Part shown: in pieces, positions 1-9,171 of the stretch
Layout: every line of letters starts with the position of its first letter
Position numbering within the stretch: the first letter of the stretch is position 1
Source: Candidatus Nanohaloarchaea archaeon
GTDB taxonomy: Archaea; Nanohalarchaeota; Nanosalinia; Nanosalinales; Nanosalinaceae
NCBI GenBank assembly: GCA_046497485.1
Contig: JAWOFP010000048.1
Span: 1 to 20,555 of the forward strand
Reading direction: 5' to 3'
Length of the DNA: 20,555 bases
Made by a program: the position numbers and the translations under genes
The notes under the pieces: generated by a model
What the model saw: the letters and a program-made list of their open reading frames with translations, nothing else
Database searches by the model: none
What the model was told of the DNA's origin: nothing

Positions 1-921
1 AATGAGGGAAGCCGTTACCTTGAATGGAACTTTGTAGATGTAAAGGAAGGAGTTCCTTACGGTGTAACAGGAAGGCTGAACAGCGGGAGCGATCAAGGAT
101 TTGATCTATCGAATTATGATGTTTACACATGTAACTGGGAGTATCAAACTGATTCAAGCGGAGCAGTCAATGTTTCAGGCGATGTCAGAGAATTACATGC
201 AATTTCAAGCGACTCAGGAACTTCCAATTTAAGCATTGCGGACTGGTCCGCAGCAACCAGTATTGACCCTGAATTTGCTAGAGTTCCCTCTCCACCAGTT
301 TCATTTGAAGAGGGAGTTGCAGCAAGCAGGACAATGGCTGAAGCAATGGGCTGGCTTGAAACTCCTCAAACCATCTTTGATAACATTGGAGACTCTGTTA
401 TACCAGAAGGTGATCCTTCAGGAAGTACAACATTTGATGTATTAGGGTATGAAGGAGATGGAAGCCTCGTTGAGATTGTAACTGATGATACCTATACTCC
501 TTTCTATGGAGATGAACAAGATGATAACTCATGTACCGCTATCAATCAATATGATAATCCGTACAGTAGTTATTCAGGTATCCCAGCATATTCAGATATT
601 GATCATGTGTATTCAGCTTCTCCTCCTAGCTCCGATTGGGGGCCAGATGATGATGGAGAAGAGCCTGAATGGGAATGTCCAGACTGGTTCAACGATGGCC
701 CTGGTATCAAAGGTGAGCCTGTAGAAGTGCCAACTGTAATAGACTTTATAGAACAAGATGGAGAAAGGCCTGATGCAGTAGAGTTTGGTGAAGAAGGTAA
801 TCCGATTGCGAACTTTATGGCAGCCTACAATGATCCTGGGAATGGAATGCTGAAACTAACTTACCAAGATCATCAAGAGCTAAATGAAAGCTTGAATGCC
901 TGGGAGAACAGAGCTAACTGA
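1..921 (+). CDS. Acidic hypothetical protein, 5'-truncated, possibly secreted or surface-located
   Basis: Frame 1 is open from base 1 (NEGSRYLEWNFVDVKEG...) through the track ORF 334..921 to TGA at 919-921. It is rich in D/E/S/T/G/P and sits beside other surface-protein genes. Confidence 0.75.
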   Translation, partial: NEGSRYLEWNFVDVKEGVPYGVTGRLNSGSDQGFDLSNYDVYTCNWEYQTDSSGAVNVSGDVRELHAISSDSGTSNLSIADWSAATSIDPEFARVPSPPVSFEEGVAASRTMAEAMGWLETPQTIFDNIGDSVIPEGDPSGSTTFDVLGYEGDGSLVEIVTDDTYTPFYGDEQDDNSCTAINQYDNPYSSYSGIPAYSDIDHVYSASPPSSDWGPDDDGEEPEWECPDWFNDGPGIKGEPVEVPTVIDFIEQDGERPDAVEFGEEGNPIANFMAAYNDPGNGMLKLTYQDHQELNESLNAWENRAN

Positions 922-980
922 GAAAAAAAGGGGGTTAGAGTACAAGTAAAAACACCTTCTTTTCCTAATTTATTCCTTTT
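922..980. terminator. Probable bidirectional oligo-T terminator region between convergent genes
   Basis: An A-run just after 921 gives a U-tract on the minus strand. CTTCTTTTCC...CCTTTTTT gives U-tracts on the plus strand. The region lies between two convergent stop codons. Confidence 0.45.
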
Positions 981-2450
981 TTAATTCAGGCCTACTATTT
1001 CTTCAATCTCATTTCTTCCTGCTGGTTCTGCTGTTTCAACTACTCTGTCATACAAGTTGGTTCCAAGGTTTTCATCTTGGACATATGCTAGAGTTGCATC
1101 TTCTAATGATTCATCTTCATCTATGTATACTGCTATCCTTCCGTTATCTGAGACGCTAGGTAAATCCTCATTATTTTCAGGATTTCTAGCCTCAAATGAT
1201 GTAGCTTGATCTGTAGCTAAAGCCAGTTCAGCCACAGCAGAAGCAATATTGCTGACTGATTCTACATCACCTTCCTCAAATATCTGGTTAGAGGCCTCTT
1301 CAAGGAAATAGTCGTTCATTACATAGTTGGTGTTTGCAGTGTTTGCTTGTTCCGCCATGCTCATGATTGAGGCCTGTGTTCCTAAAGTCTTACTACTAGC
1401 ATTCTCATCATCGATACCATCAACATAACCCGGCTCAAATCCAAATATAGTTGATCTAGCATATTTACTGTTACTTATATTAGTTAATCTGTTAACTACT
1501 GGTTCATCTAGGCCTTCCGATACTTTGGTAGGTCTTTGTATATACACTGTTTCAGTTTCGGCGTCTAGTTGTATTATTCTGTCTTGTGAGTTTTCAGGAT
1601 TACTTACATTCATGGTCTTTAACCTGTTATCATCAATCTCATCGTTAACTCTTCGAGCTATTTCTGATGTTGTAAATCCTACTTCAGGTCCGCTTTGAGT
1701 AGTTCCGGGACTTCTTTTACCATCGATATCTGAAGCTATGTTTCCAGCTCTTGTTAATATTGTCTCCATCTGTTGATCTGGATTTAGGGAAGCTATTTCA
1801 TTGAAGGCCTCAGAGTATTCAGGATTACTCTTATCATAGTCCCAGGCAAATTCGTCATTAACGTAGTTTAGGTGTGCCTCTCGGGCTTCATCCCCGTCTA
1901 GGTCATGTTGTGCGAAAGCCCAGGGCGTTTCAAAGTTTGAGGCCTGTTCTCCTTCTACTCTCCTATCTATCGGGAATGCTGAAGGAGTTTGTGTTACGAA
2001 GCTAGCATTGTATTCTTCCCCATTAATTGTTGCTGTGAGTTCAGTATCTCCATGCGGAAGCAATTCTTGCGGAAGGTATAGGACTGCGTTATCATCTTCA
2101 ACTTCTAAATCACTTGAGGAAGCTTCATGACTACTTTCTTGGATACCGTTTGTTAACTGTAGAAGTATATCTGCGTTGAGTTCAGCAGTGTCTTGAGTAA
2201 AGTATACTTCATGGTTGCCTGGCTCGCTGTTCGCTGGATCTTTTTCAGAGAGGTTTGCATCGACAACTTCCTTCAAACCAGTTTCTAAATCTTCATCACT
2301 GTTGCCGTCTTCTGATGGATCTAGGTTATCGTCGTTTCCAGTCTCATACCCTTCATTATCTCTTTGGCATCCTGCTAGGCCGGCGGTTGCTCCTGCTCCT
2401 AGTGCTGTGAGCAGTTGTCTTCTATTCATATTGCCTGATCTTTCTGCCAT
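981..2450 (-). CDS. Tat-exported lipoprotein, paralog A, function unknown
   Basis: N-terminus MNRRQLLTALGAGATAGLAGC has a twin-arginine motif, an h-region and a LAGC lipobox. The mature part is acidic. An SD-like GAGGT lies upstream. Confidence 0.85.
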   Translation of the reverse strand: MAERSGNMNRRQLLTALGAGATAGLAGCQRDNEGYETGNDDNLDPSEDGNSDEDLETGLKEVVDANLSEKDPANSEPGNHEVYFTQDTAELNADILLQLTNGIQESSHEASSSDLEVEDDNAVLYLPQELLPHGDTELTATINGEEYNASFVTQTPSAFPIDRRVEGEQASNFETPWAFAQHDLDGDEAREAHLNYVNDEFAWDYDKSNPEYSEAFNEIASLNPDQQMETILTRAGNIASDIDGKRSPGTTQSGPEVGFTTSEIARRVNDEIDDNRLKTMNVSNPENSQDRIIQLDAETETVYIQRPTKVSEGLDEPVVNRLTNISNSKYARSTIFGFEPGYVDGIDDENASSKTLGTQASIMSMAEQANTANTNYVMNDYFLEEASNQIFEEGDVESVSNIASAVAELALATDQATSFEARNPENNEDLPSVSDNGRIAVYIDEDESLEDATLAYVQDENLGTNLYDRVVETAEPAGRNEIEEIVGLN

Positions 2451-2474
2451 TTATCTATCTTACCTCTTGATTAT

Positions 2475-3935
2475 TTAATTTAATCCTGCTATTTGTTCCA
2501 GTTCTGACTTACTTGTTGGTTCAGAGTCAGTTGTTATATTATCGTATACCGCTCCATTATCTGTAACAAACATAGTCATGTCTTCCAAGTTATCGCCAGG
2601 ATCTGCGGCCAGGCCTACATACATTGCATTTTGTAGACTTTCACCTACTTCGTAAAGAGGCTCTCCATTAATGTCATGGTTCACCATCTCTTCAACTCTG
2701 TTTAGGGAAGCCAGTGTATCAAATGCTTCTTGTGTATCTCCGTCTCCGAATAAATGTTCTTGTGAAATTATCTCAATAGCATAGTCATTTATTGGCTTTG
2801 TGCTAGATAGCGCAGGAGTAGTTGTGACTGCAGAGTTCAGAGAGTTAATTGCGTTCTCTGATTTTCTTTCATAATCAATACCTTCAATCTCTCCAGGCTC
2901 AAACCCATAAATCATGGCAGGATTTATCTTGTCTCCTTCAATCACTTTAAACTGTTCTTCCATAGGCCTTGATGTACCACTAGTACCCTGCCATATTAAT
3001 TCATCTGATTCTGGGTTGTAGTGAATTATTTCGTCTAGGCTATTTTCTGGGCTTGAAGCAACAATTGTCTTCAAATCTGTATCATGTATGTCTCTGATTA
3101 TTTGGGCTGCGCCATGACCTATTTCTTCTCCGCTCTGTGTCGTTCCTGTTGTTGGTGTATTAGGGACATCGTGTTCCATGTCCGACGCTATATCTCCAGC
3201 AATTTCTAGTATATCAAGCATTTCTGTACTTGGATCCATTTGTTCTATCTGTGCTATTCTATCGTCATAGTCACTCCCTAATCCATGAGTCCCATCATAT
3301 AATGATCCATCTGCTATTGGTTCTCTAACAATTTTGTTGTTAAGATAGTTGTGGTGTGCCTGAATGGCTTCTTCCGTGTCTAAGTCTTGTTGTGCAAAAC
3401 CCCATTCTGTTTGAAAACTTGAGGCCTGTTCTCCTTCTATGCTTCTATCTATTGGGAATGCTTGCGGAGTCTGAGTATTTATTTCGGCTTGTAACGGACC
3501 TTCAATGTCTTCGTCATGAAATTCTACTGATAGTATGCTGTCTCCATGAGTGAATAATGTTTCTGGGAGATTTATTGCTGCTCTATTATCTAGCTTAGCG
3601 ATTTCATCTGCAGTAGTTTCGTATACTTGTTCTTGAACTCCATTGGTAACTTGGACGGTTACATCTCCTTCTAAGTCTGCTGTATCTCTAGTGAAACTTA
3701 ATCCATATGTGTCGCCTTCATGTCTATTCAAATCGACATTTGATAAATTAGGATTAGGGGCGTCAGTAATACCTATCTCTTGTGGCTTATCTTGGCTTCC
3801 ATTACTATTTGGATCATTAGTTTGATCATCTTTTGGCTCTAGTGCCTGGTTACATCCTGCTAAACTTCCTGTTACTCCTGCTCCTAATGCACCTAGAACC
3901 TGTCTTCTATTGAAACCATCTCCCATGTTATCCAC
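2475..3935 (-). CDS. Tat-exported lipoprotein, paralog B, function unknown
   Basis: N-terminus FNRRQVLGALGAGVTGSLAGC. It is colinear with 981..2450 (AFPIDR..EGEQAS, GTTQSG, GFEPG, C-terminal GLN) and separated from it by a 24-bp gap. Confidence 0.85.
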   Translation of the reverse strand: MDNMGDGFNRRQVLGALGAGVTGSLAGCNQALEPKDDQTNDPNSNGSQDKPQEIGITDAPNPNLSNVDLNRHEGDTYGLSFTRDTADLEGDVTVQVTNGVQEQVYETTADEIAKLDNRAAINLPETLFTHGDSILSVEFHDEDIEGPLQAEINTQTPQAFPIDRSIEGEQASSFQTEWGFAQQDLDTEEAIQAHHNYLNNKIVREPIADGSLYDGTHGLGSDYDDRIAQIEQMDPSTEMLDILEIAGDIASDMEHDVPNTPTTGTTQSGEEIGHGAAQIIRDIHDTDLKTIVASSPENSLDEIIHYNPESDELIWQGTSGTSRPMEEQFKVIEGDKINPAMIYGFEPGEIEGIDYERKSENAINSLNSAVTTTPALSSTKPINDYAIEIISQEHLFGDGDTQEAFDTLASLNRVEEMVNHDINGEPLYEVGESLQNAMYVGLAADPGDNLEDMTMFVTDNGAVYDNITTDSEPTSKSELEQIAGLN

Positions 3936-4043
3936 TATGTAATAACAACACAGTAATGCTTTTTATATCTTTCTATCAATAACTAGACCGATTTTCAGAT
4001 GGTTATGAAAGATTATTTAATCAGGCCTAGGTAATTCTATGAT
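3936..4043. promoter_or_regulatory. Divergent promoter region with TATA-like boxes
   Basis: TATAAAA on the minus strand (~3960-3967) is about 28 nt before the 3935 start. TTATTTAA (~4013-4020) is about 27 nt before the 4044 start. This spacing is typical of leaderless archaeal transcripts. Confidence 0.45.
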
Positions 4044-7000
4044 ATGTATAGGAAGGCAGGTTCTATTCTACTTTTAGCTTTTCTAGCTTTACTGACTTTT
4101 TCTTTCTATGCTTCAACTTACGAGTCTTCTACTGGTGACGGAGGTTTTGGGGACGGTTCTGGCGGAGATAGTGGAGACGGCGGGCCTGGCGGAGGAAATT
4201 CTGAGGCTCCTGAAGCAGATTTTACTTGGACTCCAGATCCTCCTGAGGAAGGAGAGTCTGTCTCATTCCAAGATCAATCAAGTGAAGGAGCAAGCAGTAT
4301 AACGAATTATGAATGGGCATTTGAGGACCATGGAACCAGTTCAGGATCAACCAGTTCTGTAACATTTTCAGATGGTGGAAGCTATCAAGTAACTCTCAAG
4401 GTGACAGATGATAACGGTGAGAGTGATACTGCGGTGAAAACTGTCAATGTTGAACATGATAATAGTGACGATGATGATCCGGGGGATGATGATTATCCTA
4501 TAGAATGTCATGCACGAATAGGTGGAAGTCTTGTGGACAGCGATCAAGACGGTGATACAGGCCTTGATGATACTGGTTGTGTGGCTCCGTTGCCTGAAGA
4601 CGATGTTGAAGGAGCTATATGGGAGAACCATATTTCCAGTACGATAACTGGAGACCCTACCTCAGGTACAGGTAATGCTGGAAGGCCTCAGTTCTATATG
4701 TCTAACTCTGCTACGATTCAAGGAAATGATCTAGATAATACAGTTAATGAAGATACCTATGATGATTCAGGTACTTATCCTGAAGCAGATATTTATTATG
4801 CAGACTATGAAGGAAGTGAAGGAGGTTCAAGAGAAGACTGGGGTTTCGGAATTCTAGAAGACACAACCTTTGATACATTCCCTGCTGAAGCAACAGTCCA
4901 TAATGATAGAATAGTTCTTCCACCTCACAACCTTGATGGCGGTATGTGTGGGGATGGAATAGAGAATACTGGAGATTCTACTGATCCAAAGGGAGATGAT
5001 GACTCAAGTTCTCCTCCAGATTCAAACACTGAGGGATATGATACTGATTGTCGGGCTGATTGGGGTAGGCGGTGGGAAAGATACGATGTATCCAGTAGAG
5101 GCTCAAAACAGCCTGGTGAACCTGGAGAGCAGTCAGGTTTTGAGACTGAAGATAATGAGATTAAATGTAGAGATGACAACATGGATTCTGAAGGAAATAA
5201 CTTAGATCTATCATGCGATGACGGTAAAGATGCAAGTTGTTCTGATGGAGATAGTTCATGTCCTTGTGGAGGAGCTACAGGAAGTGATGGAGATAATGCA
5301 ACTTGCGATTCTGCTGAGGATTGGAGCGAGGACGAAGGAAAAAGTTACTGGTACGAAAGCTCAGGTACTTTATACAAGGAAACTTGTGAAACGGATGGAA
5401 CTGAAACATATGCGTCAGGTTCTAGTGGCAGTGATAAATCTTGTACAAATTATGATGGGGTAGATCTTGGTACAGGGGAATGCCAGTCATGTGTAGATGA
5501 CGGAGATAGTGATTATTACGGAGGAGACTCAGATTCTGTTTCTGGCACAAATAGGGACTGGAAACAGGCAGATAGCCAAAACTGTGATACCCACAATACT
5601 GTAGATGGTGGAACTGATAGCCCTTATAGATATGCAAATAGTGACGCGGCAACTTATACTGATTTCACATCTTACTTTGACAGCGATTGGGGTTCAGAAG
5701 GAAGAGTGTGGTGCGGTTTCGATTATACAACTACTGTTGATGCAGACGGACCGCAAGGCCTAAGCGATGGATTTGTAGTTATAGAAGAAGGAGATATTGT
5801 TGCAACTGAAAACTTAGAAAGAAATGATGAAGTCGGAGATCATGTCTCTGTTGATGGTTCAAATATTGGGAATCAGGATACTTTCCTTAATCTAATTGAT
5901 ACTGGTTGTAACGGTAAAAGAACCTGTATGAAATATGTAAATTACTATTCTTACGACAGCGGTTACACTTTAAGCGATAATCCTTCTGCATCTGAAGTAG
6001 CAGGTTCAGCTGTTAGAGCTGATGAATCAAGAGCTTATACTGCTGATGAAAGCTATTCTGTCTGTAAGAATATCAACAGAATAAATGAAGAACACGGCGG
6101 CGGACATCCATTAATTGACTGTGACTATTCACAACCTCAGCCAAGCGGAGGGCATGCCGATATTTCCCCTCTACCTGAGGCCTGTGGAGATGATACTCAA
6201 GAACATGTAATGGTTTTTGATGGAAACGAGGTAGATCAGACAGTAGTTCAGGATTACCCTATTTACTATCAGGAATGTGTTTCATGGGACTCGGCCGACG
6301 ATGAAGGTTATTTCTACAGTGAACACGGTCAAAGCCTTGATTCAAATAGCTGTGCTATTCAAGGAGAGGCTGTAGCAGAAGGAACAGTTGCAAATGTTGC
6401 TTCTACAGGCAATATTGGAAATACTGTTATTGATGAATCATTTGAGGAAGGTTCAGATAGTCCTGACTGGGAAGTCTGCCTAAATATTGATCAAAGTAAC
6501 TCGAATACGCCATACAATCACAGGTATAATGATGCTTCAAACACGGCATTTGGAGGGCAGTGGTACGATCTTGATGATGAAGTAGTTAACGATTACTTGA
6601 GATCAAATGAAGGAAGATTAGGCCTTTCAACGGATCAGAGAGCAGGCTCTCCAAGATACATTGATTATTACTACGGTGAGAATCCTTCTCCTTATGATGC
6701 AGAATATAATCCTGAAGGCGGTCGAACAGGGACTTCTCTGGTAGCTGATTGTGGACCTCTTCTAGATGGCTGTGGAGAAAATCAAGGAGATATTAGAGGA
6801 GCTGTAAATGATAATGAGGGAACCTTCTTCGGTTTCTTTGAAGAAGATGCATGGGACGATGATGCTCATCCTCATGGAGGGCCTTCTAATGAAGGATATA
6901 CAGCGAGAATAGACTGGTTGTTCATTGGACACATGAACATGATTAAGAGCCTTCAGGACATTTCAGGGGACAGTCGTTACAACGGCCAGATTTCATCTGG

Positions 7001-8975
7001 GCATCCTGATTACGAAGATTTCAGCAGAGAATGGTATGAAAACACTATGATAGATGCAGATAACTCTGTGCTTTACTCATATACCCTGAATAATACCTGG
7101 GTTATTGACTCTACAGGAGCGCCATATCCAGCTTACTCAGTAGATCTCTCGAATGGAAATAATTACGAAGACAATGACAACATACTAGAGGAATCCGACA
7201 GATCTCTCGGAGTACATTACAATGTAGATTATACAGGAGACAGAAGAACCGGTCCTGACAGCAGTTTCGATGTTAAAACTGACAAAGCTATGGGTAACTC
7301 CTTGGCAGTACTATCCAACAATGCGATGAATGATGAGGAAGGTAATGAGATAGAGAGCGGTGAAGCTTTCTGGATCGATCCTGATGATATAAGATATCAT
7401 TTAGATGAAGGAAACCTGGCAAGATTAAATGGAGGAAGTCTCGAGCAGATTCCAGATAGTGACTGGAAGAATCTAGCAGGAATATTTGAAATAGATTTGA
7501 CCGGCCCAGACTCAGGTCTCGGATGGGATTATGGGAAGGACAGTTATCAATCAAGTGGAAGTTATGATCCTGATGATCCTGATTTCGGAGATGAAAGCCA
7601 TGTTGTATTTACCGAAATCGCTTGGGAGAATGATAGTTCCGGAGATGTAGTTGATCCGCTTGAACCGCCTATGTGTGGAGATGACAGCCGAGAATATCTG
7701 CTTGAAGAGCAAGGAGAAGCCGATAATACTGAACAGTTTACAGGTACTTATGTCTGTGCTACGACCCCAGACTATTGTGTATACGACAGGAATCTGTATG
7801 AATCTGGCGAATATGAGCAGGCTAACGAGCCTGGTGAAGAAGAAGGAAGACTGAAGCAGGACGAAGAAGTTTGTTCCCAAGATGACCAAATTCATGAGCA
7901 TCCTATCTGGTTCGATCAGGACTATGCCCAGTACAGGCCTGATGACGATACTCAAGAACTTTGTAATGCTAACAGTCTTTACGGGCCTGAAGGCCAGCAA
8001 TGGATAGATTACGATGAAATAAATAATAACCCTCACGCATTCACAGGAGGAATTGATGACTCATGGAGTGAGAGATTGGACCAAGGAAGTCATGCAAGTC
8101 TTGAATCCGATTATGAAGGAGAAGAGTGGACTAATCATCCTTTAGATGCAGGTTATACCCCAGTACAAACTGGGTTTGATAGTGATAGAGTGGCTGATCC
8201 AAGCGAGATAGGAATGGAGTATGGCTTCTGCGGCGGGGATGATACTTCAGAATACCTAATTCATCAGGATTCTCAGAGTGAATATGTGGAAACCGATCAG
8301 TCAATTCAGGGAGTTGCAGCAAGCCCTGATAGCTGTGTATTAGACAATTCAGAGTATTCAAATATTGATTCAGATGCATTGGACAAAGATCATTTCACTG
8401 AGGCCCAGCTTCAAGATGAAAGAATGCTGTACAATGAAGGAGACTCGGTAACGTTTGACTCAGGAGACACACGGAGAACTGTTGCATGTTACGGCGGACA
8501 ATGGTGGAGCTCCTGGCCTATAGTATTCATGGAGGATACAGCAACTGTAGATCTTGGTGAAACAGGATTCACATCTTTCAGAATCATTAATCCTGATCAA
8601 GAGTCAAAGACTTTCGAACTAGGAATTAATCCAAGAGGTTCAGGAGAAACAGCAGATGACTTAGACCAAATGGTCTCATTCGAAGATACGGGAACAAATG
8701 ATATGACAGTAACAGTTCCAGGCCAGAGCTCAAACACCTATAGACTTGAAATTCAGGCAAACAGAGAGATAAACACTTCTGGCGCATCAGGAACGGATAT
8801 TGAGGTATTTGCAGAGTCTTCAGATGGAAGTCTGGATGGTGAAGACCAAGTAGACATTGCTACTAGAGATCGGAACTCGGCGGGTTCAGGAGAATCGAGA
8901 ACTATTCCAGGCCTGACACTGTTACAGTTAGCAGTGATTGCAGCGGTCTCTAGCTTGATATTTTTCAGAAATTAA
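4044..8975 (+). CDS. Large acidic cell-surface protein: signal peptide, Gly linker, PKD domain, Cys-rich region, CGDD repeats and a C-terminal PGF-CTERM-like anchor
   Basis: Hydrophobic N-terminus; PKD-like segment PEADFTWTP...YEWAF...GSYQVTLKVTDDNGESD (~4209-4451); about 34 Cys; C-terminus TIPGLTLLQLAVIAAVSSLIFFRN. Confidence 0.85.
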   Translation: MYRKAGSILLLAFLALLTFSFYASTYESSTGDGGFGDGSGGDSGDGGPGGGNSEAPEADFTWTPDPPEEGESVSFQDQSSEGASSITNYEWAFEDHGTSSGSTSSVTFSDGGSYQVTLKVTDDNGESDTAVKTVNVEHDNSDDDDPGDDDYPIECHARIGGSLVDSDQDGDTGLDDTGCVAPLPEDDVEGAIWENHISSTITGDPTSGTGNAGRPQFYMSNSATIQGNDLDNTVNEDTYDDSGTYPEADIYYADYEGSEGGSREDWGFGILEDTTFDTFPAEATVHNDRIVLPPHNLDGGMCGDGIENTGDSTDPKGDDDSSSPPDSNTEGYDTDCRADWGRRWERYDVSSRGSKQPGEPGEQSGFETEDNEIKCRDDNMDSEGNNLDLSCDDGKDASCSDGDSSCPCGGATGSDGDNATCDSAEDWSEDEGKSYWYESSGTLYKETCETDGTETYASGSSGSDKSCTNYDGVDLGTGECQSCVDDGDSDYYGGDSDSVSGTNRDWKQADSQNCDTHNTVDGGTDSPYRYANSDAATYTDFTSYFDSDWGSEGRVWCGFDYTTTVDADGPQGLSDGFVVIEEGDIVATENLERNDEVGDHVSVDGSNIGNQDTFLNLIDTGCNGKRTCMKYVNYYSYDSGYTLSDNPSASEVAGSAVRADESRAYTADESYSVCKNINRINEEHGGGHPLIDCDYSQPQPSGGHADISPLPEACGDDTQEHVMVFDGNEVDQTVVQDYPIYYQECVSWDSADDEGYFYSEHGQSLDSNSCAIQGEAVAEGTVANVASTGNIGNTVIDESFEEGSDSPDWEVCLNIDQSNSNTPYNHRYNDASNTAFGGQWYDLDDEVVNDYLRSNEGRLGLSTDQRAGSPRYIDYYYGENPSPYDAEYNPEGGRTGTSLVADCGPLLDGCGENQGDIRGAVNDNEGTFFGFFEEDAWDDDAHPHGGPSNEGYTARIDWLFIGHMNMIKSLQDISGDSRYNGQISSGHPDYEDFSREWYENTMIDADNSVLYSYTLNNTWVIDSTGAPYPAYSVDLSNGNNYEDNDNILEESDRSLGVHYNVDYTGDRRTGPDSSFDVKTDKAMGNSLAVLSNNAMNDEEGNEIESGEAFWIDPDDIRYHLDEGNLARLNGGSLEQIPDSDWKNLAGIFEIDLTGPDSGLGWDYGKDSYQSSGSYDPDDPDFGDESHVVFTEIAWENDSSGDVVDPLEPPMCGDDSREYLLEEQGEADNTEQFTGTYVCATTPDYCVYDRNLYESGEYEQANEPGEEEGRLKQDEEVCSQDDQIHEHPIWFDQDYAQYRPDDDTQELCNANSLYGPEGQQWIDYDEINNNPHAFTGGIDDSWSERLDQGSHASLESDYEGEEWTNHPLDAGYTPVQTGFDSDRVADPSEIGMEYGFCGGDDTSEYLIHQDSQSEYVETDQSIQGVAASPDSCVLDNSEYSNIDSDALDKDHFTEAQLQDERMLYNEGDSVTFDSGDTRRTVACYGGQWWSSWPIVFMEDTATVDLGETGFTSFRIINPDQESKTFELGINPRGSGETADDLDQMVSFEDTGTNDMTVTVPGQSSNTYRLEIQANREINTSGASGTDIEVFAESSDGSLDGEDQVDIATRDRNSAGSGESRTIPGLTLLQLAVIAAVSSLIFFRN

Positions 8976-8990
8976 ACTAAGAAAATAGGT

Positions 8991-9119
8991 TTAGAGGTTG
9001 AATAGACCTTTCTCTTTTTCTACATTGGTTGTTCCGTGAACTCTTTTTGCGTGTTTCTCTACTGTTTCTTCTTTTGAGAATACTTCGCCGCATTCTGTGC
9101 ATTCTAGGACTTCTGCCAT
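8991..9119 (-). CDS. C2H2 zinc-finger microprotein, 42 aa, not in the ORF track
   Basis: ATG at 9119 to TAA at 8991 translates as MAEVLECTECGEVFSKEETVEKHAKRVHGTTNVEKEKGLFNL. This has exact C-x2-C-x3-F-x8-H-x4-H spacing and fits the gap between its neighbours without overlap. Confidence 0.85.
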   Translation of the reverse strand: MAEVLECTECGEVFSKEETVEKHAKRVHGTTNVEKEKGLFNL

Positions 9120-9171
9120 AATCTGTGTTATGTATAAAATCCTTAAAACAATTCACTTCTCTAAAGAGTTT
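9120..9171. promoter_or_regulatory. Compact divergent promoter for the zinc-finger gene and proS
   Basis: 52-bp AT-rich gap. TTAAAA/TTTTAA at 9143-9148 is roughly equidistant (~26-27 nt) from both start codons. Confidence 0.4.

Noticed and set aside
4131..4200. GC-rich GGN-repeat stretch near the start of the giant gene
   Set aside because: It is explained by a Gly-rich linker (GDGGFGDGSGGDSGDGGPGGG) and is not an independent DNA repeat.
9097..9171. 25-aa N-terminal extension of ProRS given by the track
   Set aside because: It overlaps the zinc-finger gene and the AT-rich promoter gap. ProRS-like sequence begins at ATG 9172.
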